Source: an uncultured Thiohalobacter sp.
GTDB lineage: Bacteria > Pseudomonadota > Gammaproteobacteria > DSM-19610
Direction: 5' to 3'
DNA: 64,000 nucleotides
NCBI GenBank assembly: GCA_964469575.1
Contig: CAYYAP010000001.1
Coordinates: 2,581 to 66,580, forward strand
The translations under genes and the position numbers were made by a program. Below, piece by piece: positions 23,447-32,495 of the stretch; position 1 is the stretch's first letter, and each line of letters begins with the position of its first letter. Under the pieces are notes generated by a model that saw nothing but the letters and a program-made list of their open reading frames with translations, searched no databases and had not been told where the DNA came from.

Positions 23447-25774
23447 TTAACGGGTCAGACTGGCAAATAGCGCCGGCAGTTTCTCAGGCAAGCGCTGAAC
23501 ACGGTCTATGATGGTGTAATTGTTTGCGCCAAAGATGCGTTTGACATAGTTGTCGGCATTGGGATCCAGCGTCAGGCAGTAGCTGAGCACACCCCGGCTA
23601 TAGAGTTCCTCGACAGCCTTTTTGGTATCGTGGCGCAGATGCCGGGGATCACGTTCATCGATATCCGCCGGCTCACCGTCCGTGACCAATAGCAACAGCT
23701 TGCGTCGCTCCGGCTGTTTTAGCAGGTGACGGGCGGCATGGCGCATCGCCGCACCCATGCGCGTCGAAAGCCCGCCTTTCATCCCGGCCAGCCGCGATTT
23801 CACCTCATCGTCGAATCGCTGGTTAAAATCCTTGAAACGAAAATACTGGACATCATGTCGACCGTCCGAGGCGAAGCCGTGAATCGCAAAGGGATCGCCG
23901 ATACCATCAATCGCCGTGGATACCAGTGCCGCCGCTTCCCGCGTGAGCTGTAAGACCGACTTGTCACTGCCTTCTACCAGTTCGTTGGTGGATTCGGATA
24001 AATCCAGCAGCACCAATACGGCGAGATCGCGGTTCTTGATAACGTTACGCATGCTAATGCGCGGATTGGGCTGCTCACCCATGCGAATCGCAACCATCGC
24101 GTCAATGGCGGCATTGATATCGATTTCATCGCCGTCTTCCCTATTGCGTTCACGTTGCACCCCTTCGGGTTGCAGCATATCGATAATCTGTTTGATACGG
24201 AATGCGACCGGTTTGTACTCGGTAAGAATGGCGTCAATATCTTCAGCCTGGCCAGCAGGCTGGCGACGTTCGTAGACTGTCGCCCAGTCGGGGCGGAACA
24301 ACTGAACCTGGTAATCCCATTCCTGGTAGTGGAAAGGCTCCGAGACAGGCTCCCTGCCCTCCAGTTCGTTGATAGTGCACCCTTCCTGGTCCAGGTAGAA
24401 AGGACTCTCCAGGCGCCAGATCTCCTGTGCATCATCACCGGCCAGCTCGCAATCCAGTTCATTCACCATTTCCATGACATTGACCGTCTTGCGCACCTGG
24501 CGCTGGCTGGCCGGGACATATTCCAGGTCGTTCTCCCGGGAGAGTTCCTCGAATGCCCAGATAAAGCGGTTGTCATCACGATAGGGGATACGTATTGATT
24601 GCAGGATGCGAAGGCTGGGCACATCGCGGCGCGCGGCAAACAGATTGAACAGCTCGATACCGATGTGCCAGGAAAAGCTGTTATTTTCCTTGTTGGCTTC
24701 AATATTCTGGTGAAATTTCTCCGCCAGCGCGTTCAGTTCCGGGTCTTCGCTACGGACCCGGCTATCGAGCAACATGCGGGCAAAATGTTCCAGATGCCTG
24801 ACCGTGGCATGCTCGACGCTTTCGGTATACTCCATGCCGAGCAGTGCTCCCCAGAGTTTTTTTAAACCCGGGAATGCCTGTACCGCCTGGTATTCCACCC
24901 GCGCATCTTCGATCAGGCCGACAAAGAACATTTGCGCCGGGCTGAGGGCTTCGGCCGACAGGCGCGCCGTGGTGTAGCTGATATGAGAAACCAGGTGTGC
25001 CGTCATGGCGCGGTACAGTTCCTGGCCGGAAACGCCATCAATGGGATCAAGCGCATCCGGCAGGTGTATCACCTGTTGTTCGAGGTAGGGTTTGAAGCCC
25101 TTGTAATCAGTGACCGTCGGTCGCAGAAAAAAGTCACGCCCCCACAACGCACGCAGGTAGAAATTGAGCTTGCGCTGGGTGTCGATAAACAGGGTGCCGC
25201 GACGCTCCTGCTGCAACACCGACAGGCTGTCCTGCGTCTCCAGGTTAAAATATTTCACCAGGTTATTCAGATCGCGCCGGTAAGCCTCTGCACCGAAATT
25301 GGCCCAGCGTTTGAGTCCCGACAGGGTCAGTCTGGAAAGCAGTTCATCCAGATTACCCAGCATGGGGCGCAAGCCGCGAGAGGCCCTGGCGGACAATTGA
25401 TGAATGAGCGCGATATAGCCCTGAAGCAGCTCCGGATCACCCAGGCGGCGTGCCGCCGTGGGTAAACTGGAAAACAGCAAAGCAATCACTTCGCCGGAGG
25501 TCATGGATGAAAGTTTCAATGCCGCGTTGATACAGTCGCGGATCACATCCTCGCCGCATTCCTTCACCACCAGCGGCATTTCCTGGAGGTAGGCGATCAC
25601 CAGGTCGCTGCCACGACCGAGATTGCTCAACCCTTTGGCGCCTTCCAGGTATTCCTGCAGGGCGGCCTGTGACATAACCCGGGCCGCTTCGTGAAAGCTA
25701 CCCTCCATCGCCGCCCGGATACCCGGCGTGGTCTGTTCCAGAAACTCCGTATAGTCTTCGAGTTTTATGCTCAT
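23447..25774 (-). CDS. cbbO: RuBisCO activase adaptor CbbO (C-terminal VWA domain)
   Basis: 775 aa, downstream of cbbQ. The C-terminal VWA has MIDAS LLDLSEST and ...LLLVTDGEPADID. Size and layout are typical of CbbO/NorD. Confidence 0.9.
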   Translation of the reverse strand: MSIKLEDYTEFLEQTTPGIRAAMEGSFHEAARVMSQAALQEYLEGAKGLSNLGRGSDLVIAYLQEMPLVVKECGEDVIRDCINAALKLSSMTSGEVIALLFSSLPTAARRLGDPELLQGYIALIHQLSARASRGLRPMLGNLDELLSRLTLSGLKRWANFGAEAYRRDLNNLVKYFNLETQDSLSVLQQERRGTLFIDTQRKLNFYLRALWGRDFFLRPTVTDYKGFKPYLEQQVIHLPDALDPIDGVSGQELYRAMTAHLVSHISYTTARLSAEALSPAQMFFVGLIEDARVEYQAVQAFPGLKKLWGALLGMEYTESVEHATVRHLEHFARMLLDSRVRSEDPELNALAEKFHQNIEANKENNSFSWHIGIELFNLFAARRDVPSLRILQSIRIPYRDDNRFIWAFEELSRENDLEYVPASQRQVRKTVNVMEMVNELDCELAGDDAQEIWRLESPFYLDQEGCTINELEGREPVSEPFHYQEWDYQVQLFRPDWATVYERRQPAGQAEDIDAILTEYKPVAFRIKQIIDMLQPEGVQRERNREDGDEIDINAAIDAMVAIRMGEQPNPRISMRNVIKNRDLAVLVLLDLSESTNELVEGSDKSVLQLTREAAALVSTAIDGIGDPFAIHGFASDGRHDVQYFRFKDFNQRFDDEVKSRLAGMKGGLSTRMGAAMRHAARHLLKQPERRKLLLLVTDGEPADIDERDPRHLRHDTKKAVEELYSRGVLSYCLTLDPNADNYVKRIFGANNYTIIDRVQRLPEKLPALFASLTR

Positions 25775-25844
25775 ACCTGACCCCGATGGCCGGCCCGGGA
25801 GCCTGCCGGAGGTGAGAACAATCTACTGTCCCCCACCATGATCG

Positions 25845-26684
25845 CTACGACTGCCTGAGTCTGACAGGCTCCTGGCTGACAAAGAAGGTGCTCACTGCAG
25901 CCTGCAGGGTTTCCCACATATCAGGATCATCGGTGAGCGGTGTCACCAGCGTCATTTCACAGGCCTGCACCGGTTCGATCCCTTCGGCGATCAGTTGCGC
26001 GGCGTAAACCAGCAGCCGCGTGGAGATACCTTCATCCAGGCCGTGACCCTTGAGGTTGCGCGTGCGGTGAGCGATCTGTACCAGCTTTTCAGCGATGTTG
26101 GCATCAACACCGGTTTCGGTTGCCACGATCTCGGCTTCCAGCGCGGCTTCGGGATAGTCGAATTTCAAGGCACCGAAGCGCTGTTTGGTTGACTGTTTCA
26201 GGTCCTTCATCAGGCTCTGGTAGCCCGGGTTATAGGAAATCACCAACTGGAAGTCCGGGTGTGCCTGAATCAACTCGCCCTTCTTGTCCAGCGGCAGGGT
26301 GCGACGGTGGTCCGTCAGGGGATGGATGACCACCGTCGTATCCTGACGCGCTTCGACCACTTCATCCAGGTAACAGATCGCGCCGATACGCGCCGCAGTA
26401 GCGAGCGGCCCGTCCTGCCATTTGGTGCCATCGCGGTCGAGCAGAAAACGTCCGACCAGGTCGGAAGCCGTCATGTCTTCATTACAGGCTACAGTGATAA
26501 GTGGCCGCTTGAGCTGCCAGGCCATGTATTCGACGAAACGTGATTTACCACAGCCTGTCGGGCCTTTCAGCATCATCGGCATACGCCGCGCATAGGCCGC
26601 CTGGTAGTGTTCCACCTCGTCGCCGACAGGTTGATAGTAAGGCTTCTTTCCTACCTGGTATTGCTCAATTGTAATATCCGTCAT
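25845..26684 (-). CDS. cbbQ: RuBisCO activase AAA+ (MoxR-class) ATPase CbbQ
   Basis: 279 aa. Walker [13 protein letters not shown] and Walker [12 protein letters not shown]. The sequence is CbbQ/NirQ/NorQ-like throughout and follows cbbS. Confidence 0.92.
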   Translation of the reverse strand: MTDITIEQYQVGKKPYYQPVGDEVEHYQAAYARRMPMMLKGPTGCGKSRFVEYMAWQLKRPLITVACNEDMTASDLVGRFLLDRDGTKWQDGPLATAARIGAICYLDEVVEARQDTTVVIHPLTDHRRTLPLDKKGELIQAHPDFQLVISYNPGYQSLMKDLKQSTKQRFGALKFDYPEAALEAEIVATETGVDANIAEKLVQIAHRTRNLKGHGLDEGISTRLLVYAAQLIAEGIEPVQACEMTLVTPLTDDPDMWETLQAAVSTFFVSQEPVRLRQS

Positions 26685-26752
26685 GGTCTCTACTTCCGGT
26701 TACTGACGCTGTACTGCGCGTGACAAAAACCTCTTGAAACTACCCTGCCCGC

Positions 26753-27112
26753 TCAGGCCGTGGCGGGACTTCGGAAAATCACCATGGCCGCACCCTGTGA
26801 CTGCGCATAGTTGTCATAGCCGACCAGGCGCACATGGTGATTGGGGTGGGCTTTGTGGCAGGCCTCGGCCTCGGCCAGAATGGTATCGACATCGGTTTCA
26901 CCGAACATCGGCAATTTCCACATATACCAGTAGTGGTCGAAAGAGTTCTCGGGTTCGGTATGTTCGACGGCCGGGTTCCAGCCCTTGCTAACAATGTAGG
27001 CAACCTGCTGCCTGATGTTGTCTTCATCCATCGTGGGCAGGTAGGAGAAAGTTTCGAACTTGCGGCTCGCTGTGTCCGTCAAACTGGATTTGTAGTCTTG
27101 TACGTCACTCAT
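26753..27112 (-). CDS. cbbS: RuBisCO small subunit (form IA)
   Basis: 119 aa with FETFSYLP...WNPAVEH...[11 protein letters not shown]...VRLVGYDN. Confidence 0.95.
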   Translation of the reverse strand: MSDVQDYKSSLTDTASRKFETFSYLPTMDEDNIRQQVAYIVSKGWNPAVEHTEPENSFDHYWYMWKLPMFGETDVDTILAEAEACHKAHPNHHVRLVGYDNYAQSQGAAMVIFRSPATA

Positions 27113-27161
27113 CTTTTATGTCCTCAAATATCATTCAAATTCTGTGCATCCCGACAAAACA

Positions 27162-28583
27162 CTATTTGTGTGCAACGTCCAGCTTGTCGACGGTATCGAA
27201 TTCGAATTTGATTTCCTTCCAGGTTTCCATCGCCATCTTCAGCTCCGGACTGTGTTTGGCTGCCGCGGTAAGGATGTCCTTACCCTCCTTCTCCAGCTGG
27301 CGGCCCTGGTTACGCGCTTCCACACAGGCTTCCAGCGCCACGCGGTTGGCCGCCGCACCGGCAGCGTTGCCCCAGGGGTGTCCCAGCGTACCGCCGCCAA
27401 ACTGCAACACGGAGTTGTCGCCAAAGATGGTAACCAGCGCCGGCATGTGCCAGACGTGAATACCGCCCGAAGCCACGGCGAAGGCGCCCGGCATGGAACC
27501 CCAGTCCTGGTCGAAGAAGATGCCGCGGCTGCGGTCTTCCTTGATATAGCTCTCGCGCAGCAGGTCGATCCAGCCCAGCGTGGAGGCGCGGTCGCCTTCC
27601 AGCTTGCCGACCACTGTACCGGTGTGCAGGTGATCGCCGCCGGACAGGCGCAGGATCTTGGTCAGTACCCGGAAATGGATACCGTGGTGCGGGTTGCGGT
27701 CGAGCACGGCGTGCATGGCGCGGTGGATGTGCAGCAACAGACCGTTGTCGCGACACCACTGAGCAAGTCCGGTGTTGGCACAAAAACCGCCGGTGATGTA
27801 GTCATGCATGATGATCGGTGCACCGAGTTCCTTGGCGTACTCGGCGCGCTTGAACATTTCATCCGGGGTCGGTGCGGTCACGTTCAGGTAATGCCCCTTG
27901 CGCTCGCCGGTTTCGGCCTCGGCCTTGTGGATCGCCTCCATAACAAAGTCGAAACGCTGGCGCCAGCGCATGAACGGCTGGGAGTTGACGTTTTCGTCAT
28001 CCTTGGTGAAGTCCAGACCACCGCGCAGACCTTCGTAGCAGGCGCGACCGTAGTTCTTGGCGGACAACCCCAGCTTGGGCTTGATGGTGCAACCCAGCAG
28101 CGGACGGCCATACTTGTTCATGATGTCGCGCTCGACCTGGATACCGTGCGGCGGTCCATTACAGGTCATGACGTAGGCGATCGGGAAGCGCACATCTTCC
28201 AGGCGCAAGGCGCGCACGGCCTTGAAGCCGAATACGTTACCCACCAGCGAGGTGAAAACGTTCACCACGGAACCTTCTTCAAACAGGTCGATGGGGTAGG
28301 CAATAAATGCATAAAAAGCCGTATCGTCGCCCGGTACGTCTTCGATGGCGTAGGCACGGCCCTTGTAGTAATCCAGGTCGGTCAGCAGGTCGGTCCACAC
28401 GGTGGTCCAGGTGCCGGTTGAAGACTCGGCAGCAACCGCGGCAGCCGCTTCTTCGCGCGGCACACCCTCCTGCGGGGTGATTTTGAAACACGCCAGAAGA
28501 TCGGTTTCCTTCGGCGTGTAATCGGGCATCCAGTAAGTTTCGCGGTATTCTTTCACACCCGCGCTGTAGGTTTTGACTGCCAT
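27162..28583 (-). CDS. cbbL: RuBisCO large subunit, form IA
   Basis: 473 aa with active-site segments [37 protein letters not shown] and [12 protein letters not shown]. With cbbQO and no carboxysome genes nearby, this is the non-carboxysomal IAq arrangement. Confidence 0.97.
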   Translation of the reverse strand: MAVKTYSAGVKEYRETYWMPDYTPKETDLLACFKITPQEGVPREEAAAAVAAESSTGTWTTVWTDLLTDLDYYKGRAYAIEDVPGDDTAFYAFIAYPIDLFEEGSVVNVFTSLVGNVFGFKAVRALRLEDVRFPIAYVMTCNGPPHGIQVERDIMNKYGRPLLGCTIKPKLGLSAKNYGRACYEGLRGGLDFTKDDENVNSQPFMRWRQRFDFVMEAIHKAEAETGERKGHYLNVTAPTPDEMFKRAEYAKELGAPIIMHDYITGGFCANTGLAQWCRDNGLLLHIHRAMHAVLDRNPHHGIHFRVLTKILRLSGGDHLHTGTVVGKLEGDRASTLGWIDLLRESYIKEDRSRGIFFDQDWGSMPGAFAVASGGIHVWHMPALVTIFGDNSVLQFGGGTLGHPWGNAAGAAANRVALEACVEARNQGRQLEKEGKDILTAAAKHSPELKMAMETWKEIKFEFDTVDKLDVAHK

Positions 28584-28689
28584 GATTGCAACTCTCCCAT
28601 TGGTTCATACAGTGACACTGCCGAAACCGGCGGCCTGTCACAGGCGGCCGGCCGTGCTGGCAACGTTGACTCTAGTGAGAGAGGTAGAT

Positions 28690-28740
28690 AAATAATAGTT
28701 AATAGTTTTAATATTTTCCATTTACTTTTGTTAATATAAC
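28690..28740. promoter_or_regulatory. AT-rich cbbR/cbbL divergent control region with LysR-type T-N11-A dyad
   Basis: TTAATAGTTTTAA (28699-28711) is TTAA-N5-TTAA, which fits T-N11-A. The surrounding stretch is the most AT-rich in the region and abuts the cbbR ATG. CbbR-type regulators classically bind here. Confidence 0.35.
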
Positions 28741-28744
28741 AATC

Positions 28745-29677
28745 ATGATTCACGCGAGTTTCCAGCAATTGCGGCTCTTTGAGGCCGTCGCACGCAACGG
28801 CAGTTTTACCCGTGCCGCCGAAGAGGTACACCTGACACAACCCGCCGTTTCCATTCAAATCAAGCGCCTGGAAGAACAGCTGGGCAGCGCCCTGTTCGAG
28901 CAAATTGGCAAACGGATTTATCGCACGGCGGCCGGCGATGCGCTGCTGGAGGCTTGCCGCGACGTATTCGGGCGGCTGGCCGCCTTTGAAGATGTGATCG
29001 ACGAACTGCGCGGAGAGGTTGCCGGCCCGCTCAGGATTGCTGTCGCCACAACGGCCAAGTATTTCCTGCCCGACTTTCTGGGTGCGTTCATGCGCCTGCA
29101 CCCGAAGGTCGAGCCACACCTGAAGGTGACTAACCGTGCCGGTGTACTGGCGCGAATGGAAGATAATGTCGATGACCTGTATATCCTGGCCAATCTTCCT
29201 GAAAACACCGATGGCGTGGAAGTGCATGCATTCCTGGACGATCAGCTGGTGATGTTTGCCAGCGTGGAGCATCCCCTGGCGAGGGAAAAAAATATTCCTT
29301 TCGAACGGCTGGCGGAGGAACCGCTGCTGATGCGCGAACCCGGTTCCGGGATACGCATGTCACTGGAAAACATCATGAAGGACAAAGGGGTCATGATCCC
29401 TGCCTACCTGGAACTCGGTAGTGGCGAGGCGATAAAACAGGGGGTCATGGCCGGAATCGGAATTGGCATGTTATCGACACACAGCCTGAACCTGGAGCTG
29501 GATACCGGTCGAATTGCGATTCTCGATGTGAAAGACCTGGAACTGCGGCGCCGTTGGCACGCCGTTCATCTGCGCGGCAAACGGCTCGGCCTTGCCGCGC
29601 AGAAATTTATCGATTTCTTACAGACCAGCGATGTCCTGAGCCTCAAACAACGGAAATGGAAGAGTAGCCGATCCTGA
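28745..29677 (+). CDS. cbbR: LysR-family transcriptional activator CbbR
   Basis: 310 aa. HTH FEAVARNGSFTRAAEEVHLTQPAVSIQIKRLE. The gene is divergent from cbbL, which is the canonical arrangement. Confidence 0.85.
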   Translation: MIHASFQQLRLFEAVARNGSFTRAAEEVHLTQPAVSIQIKRLEEQLGSALFEQIGKRIYRTAAGDALLEACRDVFGRLAAFEDVIDELRGEVAGPLRIAVATTAKYFLPDFLGAFMRLHPKVEPHLKVTNRAGVLARMEDNVDDLYILANLPENTDGVEVHAFLDDQLVMFASVEHPLAREKNIPFERLAEEPLLMREPGSGIRMSLENIMKDKGVMIPAYLELGSGEAIKQGVMAGIGIGMLSTHSLNLELDTGRIAILDVKDLELRRRWHAVHLRGKRLGLAAQKFIDFLQTSDVLSLKQRKWKSSRS

Positions 29678-29718
29678 GCACACCAGGCCGGGTGAACCAC
29701 CCCGATCGACAGGCAAGC

Positions 29719-30843
29719 TCATACCCCCTTCAGTTCCTGCTGCAAGGCGGGGTAGTCTGTATAACCTGCCTCATTACCACCATAGAACGTTTCCGGGTTT
29801 GGCTCGTTAAGTTTCGCCCCCCGGGCAAAGCGTTCAGGCAAATCAGGATTGGCAATAAATAATCGGCCAAAGGCCACCAGATCAGCGTCACCCTGTGCCA
29901 GTGCCTGTTCGGCCCTGGCCCGGGTGTAGCCATTGTTGGCCATGTAGAGACCACCAAACTTTTGTTTGAGTTCGGCATAGTTTAGCTGGCGTTCGTTACT
30001 CAACATATCGCCTTCCAGGACATGCAGGTAGGCCAGCTGATGTCCGCGCAACATATCAACGACTGTGTTAAACGTAGCTTGCGGTTGTGAATCATGAATA
30101 TCATTGAAGCGGTTTTCCGGTGACAGGCGCACACCAATATGGTTTGTCGGCCAGACGCCACTCACCGCAGCAATGACCTCATCCAACAGACGCATTCGAT
30201 TCTCGACACTGCCGCCATAAGCATCCGTGCGTATATTCGTTCCATCACGAAGAAACTCATCCAGTAAATAGCCATTCGCGGAATGAATCTCAACGCCATC
30301 AAAACCCGCATCCTTTGCCCGTTGCGCCGCCGCTGCATAGTCTGCTACGACATCGTGGATTTCCTCAAGCGTCAGGGCGCGTGGCGTTTCGAAAGGCTGC
30401 ATGCCTTCGTAGGTTATGGCCTCCCCGCCGGGACGGATGGCCGAGGGTGCAACCGGCCGGGCATTATCCGGCTGCATCGAGGGATGGGATATACGCCCGA
30501 CGTGCCAGAGCTGAATAAAAATGCGCCCACCTACGGCATGCACCGCCTCAGTGACCTTCCGCCAGCCCGCGACCTGTTCATCGCTATGAATACCCGGCGT
30601 GGCCGGGTAACCCACACCCTGCGGTGAAATCTGACTCGCCTCAGTAATAATCAGTCCAGCGCTTGCCCGCTGGGTGTAGTAGCGGACATTCAGAGCCGTG
30701 GGCACATTACCCTCGCCGGCACGATTGCGCGTAAGGGGCGCCATCACAAGGCGATTCGGCAATGTCATATCACCCAGAACGAGTGGGGTGAACAGATCGA
30801 TATTCGGTGAGACGTTCGCAGACACCATGCACTCCCTTGTCAA
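29719..30843 (-). CDS. Old Yellow Enzyme family NADH:flavin oxidoreductase (NemA-like)
   Basis: LPNRLVMAPLTRNRA...LIITEASQISPQG.GYP.TPGI...QLWHVGR...GFDGVEIHSANGYLLDEFL is the OYE signature. An alternative ATG is at 30828. Confidence 0.85.
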   Translation of the reverse strand: MTRECMVSANVSPNIDLFTPLVLGDMTLPNRLVMAPLTRNRAGEGNVPTALNVRYYTQRASAGLIITEASQISPQGVGYPATPGIHSDEQVAGWRKVTEAVHAVGGRIFIQLWHVGRISHPSMQPDNARPVAPSAIRPGGEAITYEGMQPFETPRALTLEEIHDVVADYAAAAQRAKDAGFDGVEIHSANGYLLDEFLRDGTNIRTDAYGGSVENRMRLLDEVIAAVSGVWPTNHIGVRLSPENRFNDIHDSQPQATFNTVVDMLRGHQLAYLHVLEGDMLSNERQLNYAELKQKFGGLYMANNGYTRARAEQALAQGDADLVAFGRLFIANPDLPERFARGAKLNEPNPETFYGGNEAGYTDYPALQQELKGV

Positions 30844-30852
30844 ACCACTGGA

Positions 30853-31503
30853 TTACTGACTGCCCGACGCCTTCTTCTCCACCTCAACCAGTTTCCTGGC
30901 AGAAAGCTCGACTTCGGTACGCCGATTAGGCGCCAGGCAGTTGACCAGCGCCTTACCTCGCTGGCCTTCACAACTTACCACCGGGTCAGCTTCACCTACG
31001 CCACTGGTCTCGATAAAACCGGGCACTACACCGCGCGAAACCAGGTAATCACGCACCGCGCTGGCACGCTTCTGTGACAATTTAAGGTTATAGCTGTCGC
31101 TTCCAATTTCATCCGTGTGACCGGTAATGTGAATCTTTTCATCCTGAAGGTCAGCCGCGGTGAGGCTGCCAAGCACGGCGTTAAGCCGTGTCTTGCCGTC
31201 ATCGCTCAGTTTCGCACTGTCGAAAGCAAACAAGGCTTCCGCATCCAGGCGTACCGGTTTGAATTCCTTCACCATCACCACTTCAACCGCGGCCAGCCTT
31301 GCCGCTTCGCGAGCCGCGACAACAGCCGGTTCACACTCGACGACAGCAACCTGCTCTGACCAGCGCGCGGTATGCAGGCAATCACCGGAACCGGTATGAA
31401 TAATAGAACTGGAGCTGTCCTCGGCATAACCCTCGGCAGCCTGAACCAGGCCGCTGGCGAGGCCCATGCTGGCCACCAGCAGAACGCATGTTGTGTTTTT
31501 CAT
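30853..31503 (-). CDS. OmpA-family peptidoglycan-binding protein
   Basis: C-terminal OmpA_C domain (FAFDSAKLSDDGKTRLN...ITGHTDEIGSDSYNLKLSQKRASAVRDYLVSRGV...NRRTEVEL). The start is set at ATG 31503 with GGAGG 8 nt upstream. The signal peptide is MKNTTCVLLVASMGLASGLVQA. Confidence 0.8.
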   Translation of the reverse strand: MKNTTCVLLVASMGLASGLVQAAEGYAEDSSSSIIHTGSGDCLHTARWSEQVAVVECEPAVVAAREAARLAAVEVVMVKEFKPVRLDAEALFAFDSAKLSDDGKTRLNAVLGSLTAADLQDEKIHITGHTDEIGSDSYNLKLSQKRASAVRDYLVSRGVVPGFIETSGVGEADPVVSCEGQRGKALVNCLAPNRRTEVELSARKLVEVEKKASGSQ

Positions 31504-31666
31504 TTTGTTTGCCTCCGAACACTGCATTTATTGTTATCCCCCGACACCGGAGATGTGGGGATACCAACCGTACAGGGGAGCACGTCATCCGGATGCACCA
31601 CCACCTTGCCGGTCAGGAACTATTTTCCAGCAGATAGCCGGCAGGCGCAATGCCCAGAACGCTGTT

Positions 31667-32143
31667 TCAACCCGCCACAGTGCCGCAGTGGCTCAGGCTC
31701 AGACGAGGGGGATTGGTGGAGAAGACAAACGGCGCCGCTTTTTCCAGTGCGCTCAAACCCAGTAACATACGGGTATTGTGAGGAAAAACAGCAGCCTCGA
31801 CATCATGCAACACGCAATCCCCACCCAGCACCAGTCGTTTGATCCGGTACAGGGGAAGTTTAAGCTCACTGCCATCCGCCATCACACCGGTCAATTCTCC
31901 GATGTGAACGGCATTTTCAGCCTCGACCAGCAGCCGCAGGGTTTGCTCATTGATGGTCGTGTAGCCCGCCCCGGTATCCACCATGAATTCAACTTCACCA
32001 CTACCCAGCATACTGGCCTGCACATAGTAGGTCGCCAGCTGCTTCTGGTTCATGGGAATGACCTTGTACACATCCGCAAATACGCTTCCAGCCAGAAGCA
32101 GGCCAAGTAATCCACAAAGTCCTTTTGATCGTGATAAAAACAT
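31667..32143 (-). CDS. Retropepsin-like (clan AA) aspartic protease, secreted
   Basis: VDTGAGYTTI catalytic D-T/S-G motif. Signal peptide MFLSRSKGLCGLLGLLLAGSVFA. About 158 aa from the internal ATG. The track ORF extends to 32230. Confidence 0.7.
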   Translation of the reverse strand: MFLSRSKGLCGLLGLLLAGSVFADVYKVIPMNQKQLATYYVQASMLGSGEVEFMVDTGAGYTTINEQTLRLLVEAENAVHIGELTGVMADGSELKLPLYRIKRLVLGGDCVLHDVEAAVFPHNTRMLLGLSALEKAAPFVFSTNPPRLSLSHCGTVAG

Positions 32144-32418
32144 GACTACTCCGCCAGGGTGACAAATTTCTGTCGTCACCGGGTCAGCGGCAAGTTCGCG
32201 ACGAGGTTGATACTCCATCGCGACTTTCAACGCCGGGAACCGCCTGCCTGACTCGCCAGCCAGGCAAAACCGACTGCCAACAGGACAATTATATCCTTTA
32301 CTTACATGGAGTTATAAATATTTTCTGCCGGCAAACAAGCCTGTCAGTAAAAGCTGCCCCCGCTGATGTAACAAAACACGGCGTACATACAGGCAACGGT
32401 CACCGCCAAATCTTGCGC

Positions 32419-32434
32419 TGGCAAGCAAATTGCA
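32419..32434 (+). promoter_or_regulatory. Putative sigma-54 promoter for the wsp-like operon
   Basis: TGGCAA-GCAAA-TTGCA has correct GG-N10-GC spacing and one mismatch to TGGCAC-N5-TTGCA. It lies 62 nt upstream of the MCP start. Confidence 0.5.
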
Positions 32435-32495
32435 GTTCAGGTGATATTTGAGGGACCGGCTGCAGCCGGCTGACAGGAAACCACGAGAATTCATC

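Noticed and set aside
27144-28421. 425-aa plus-strand ORF
   Set aside because: It lies entirely antisense to cbbL, whose identity is unambiguous. This is a typical long shadow ORF of a GC-rich gene.
23447-28583. Carboxysome locus
   Set aside because: No csoS2, csoS3, csoS1 or csoS4-like genes flank cbbLS. The presence of cbbQO and a divergent cbbR indicates the non-carboxysomal form IAq operon.
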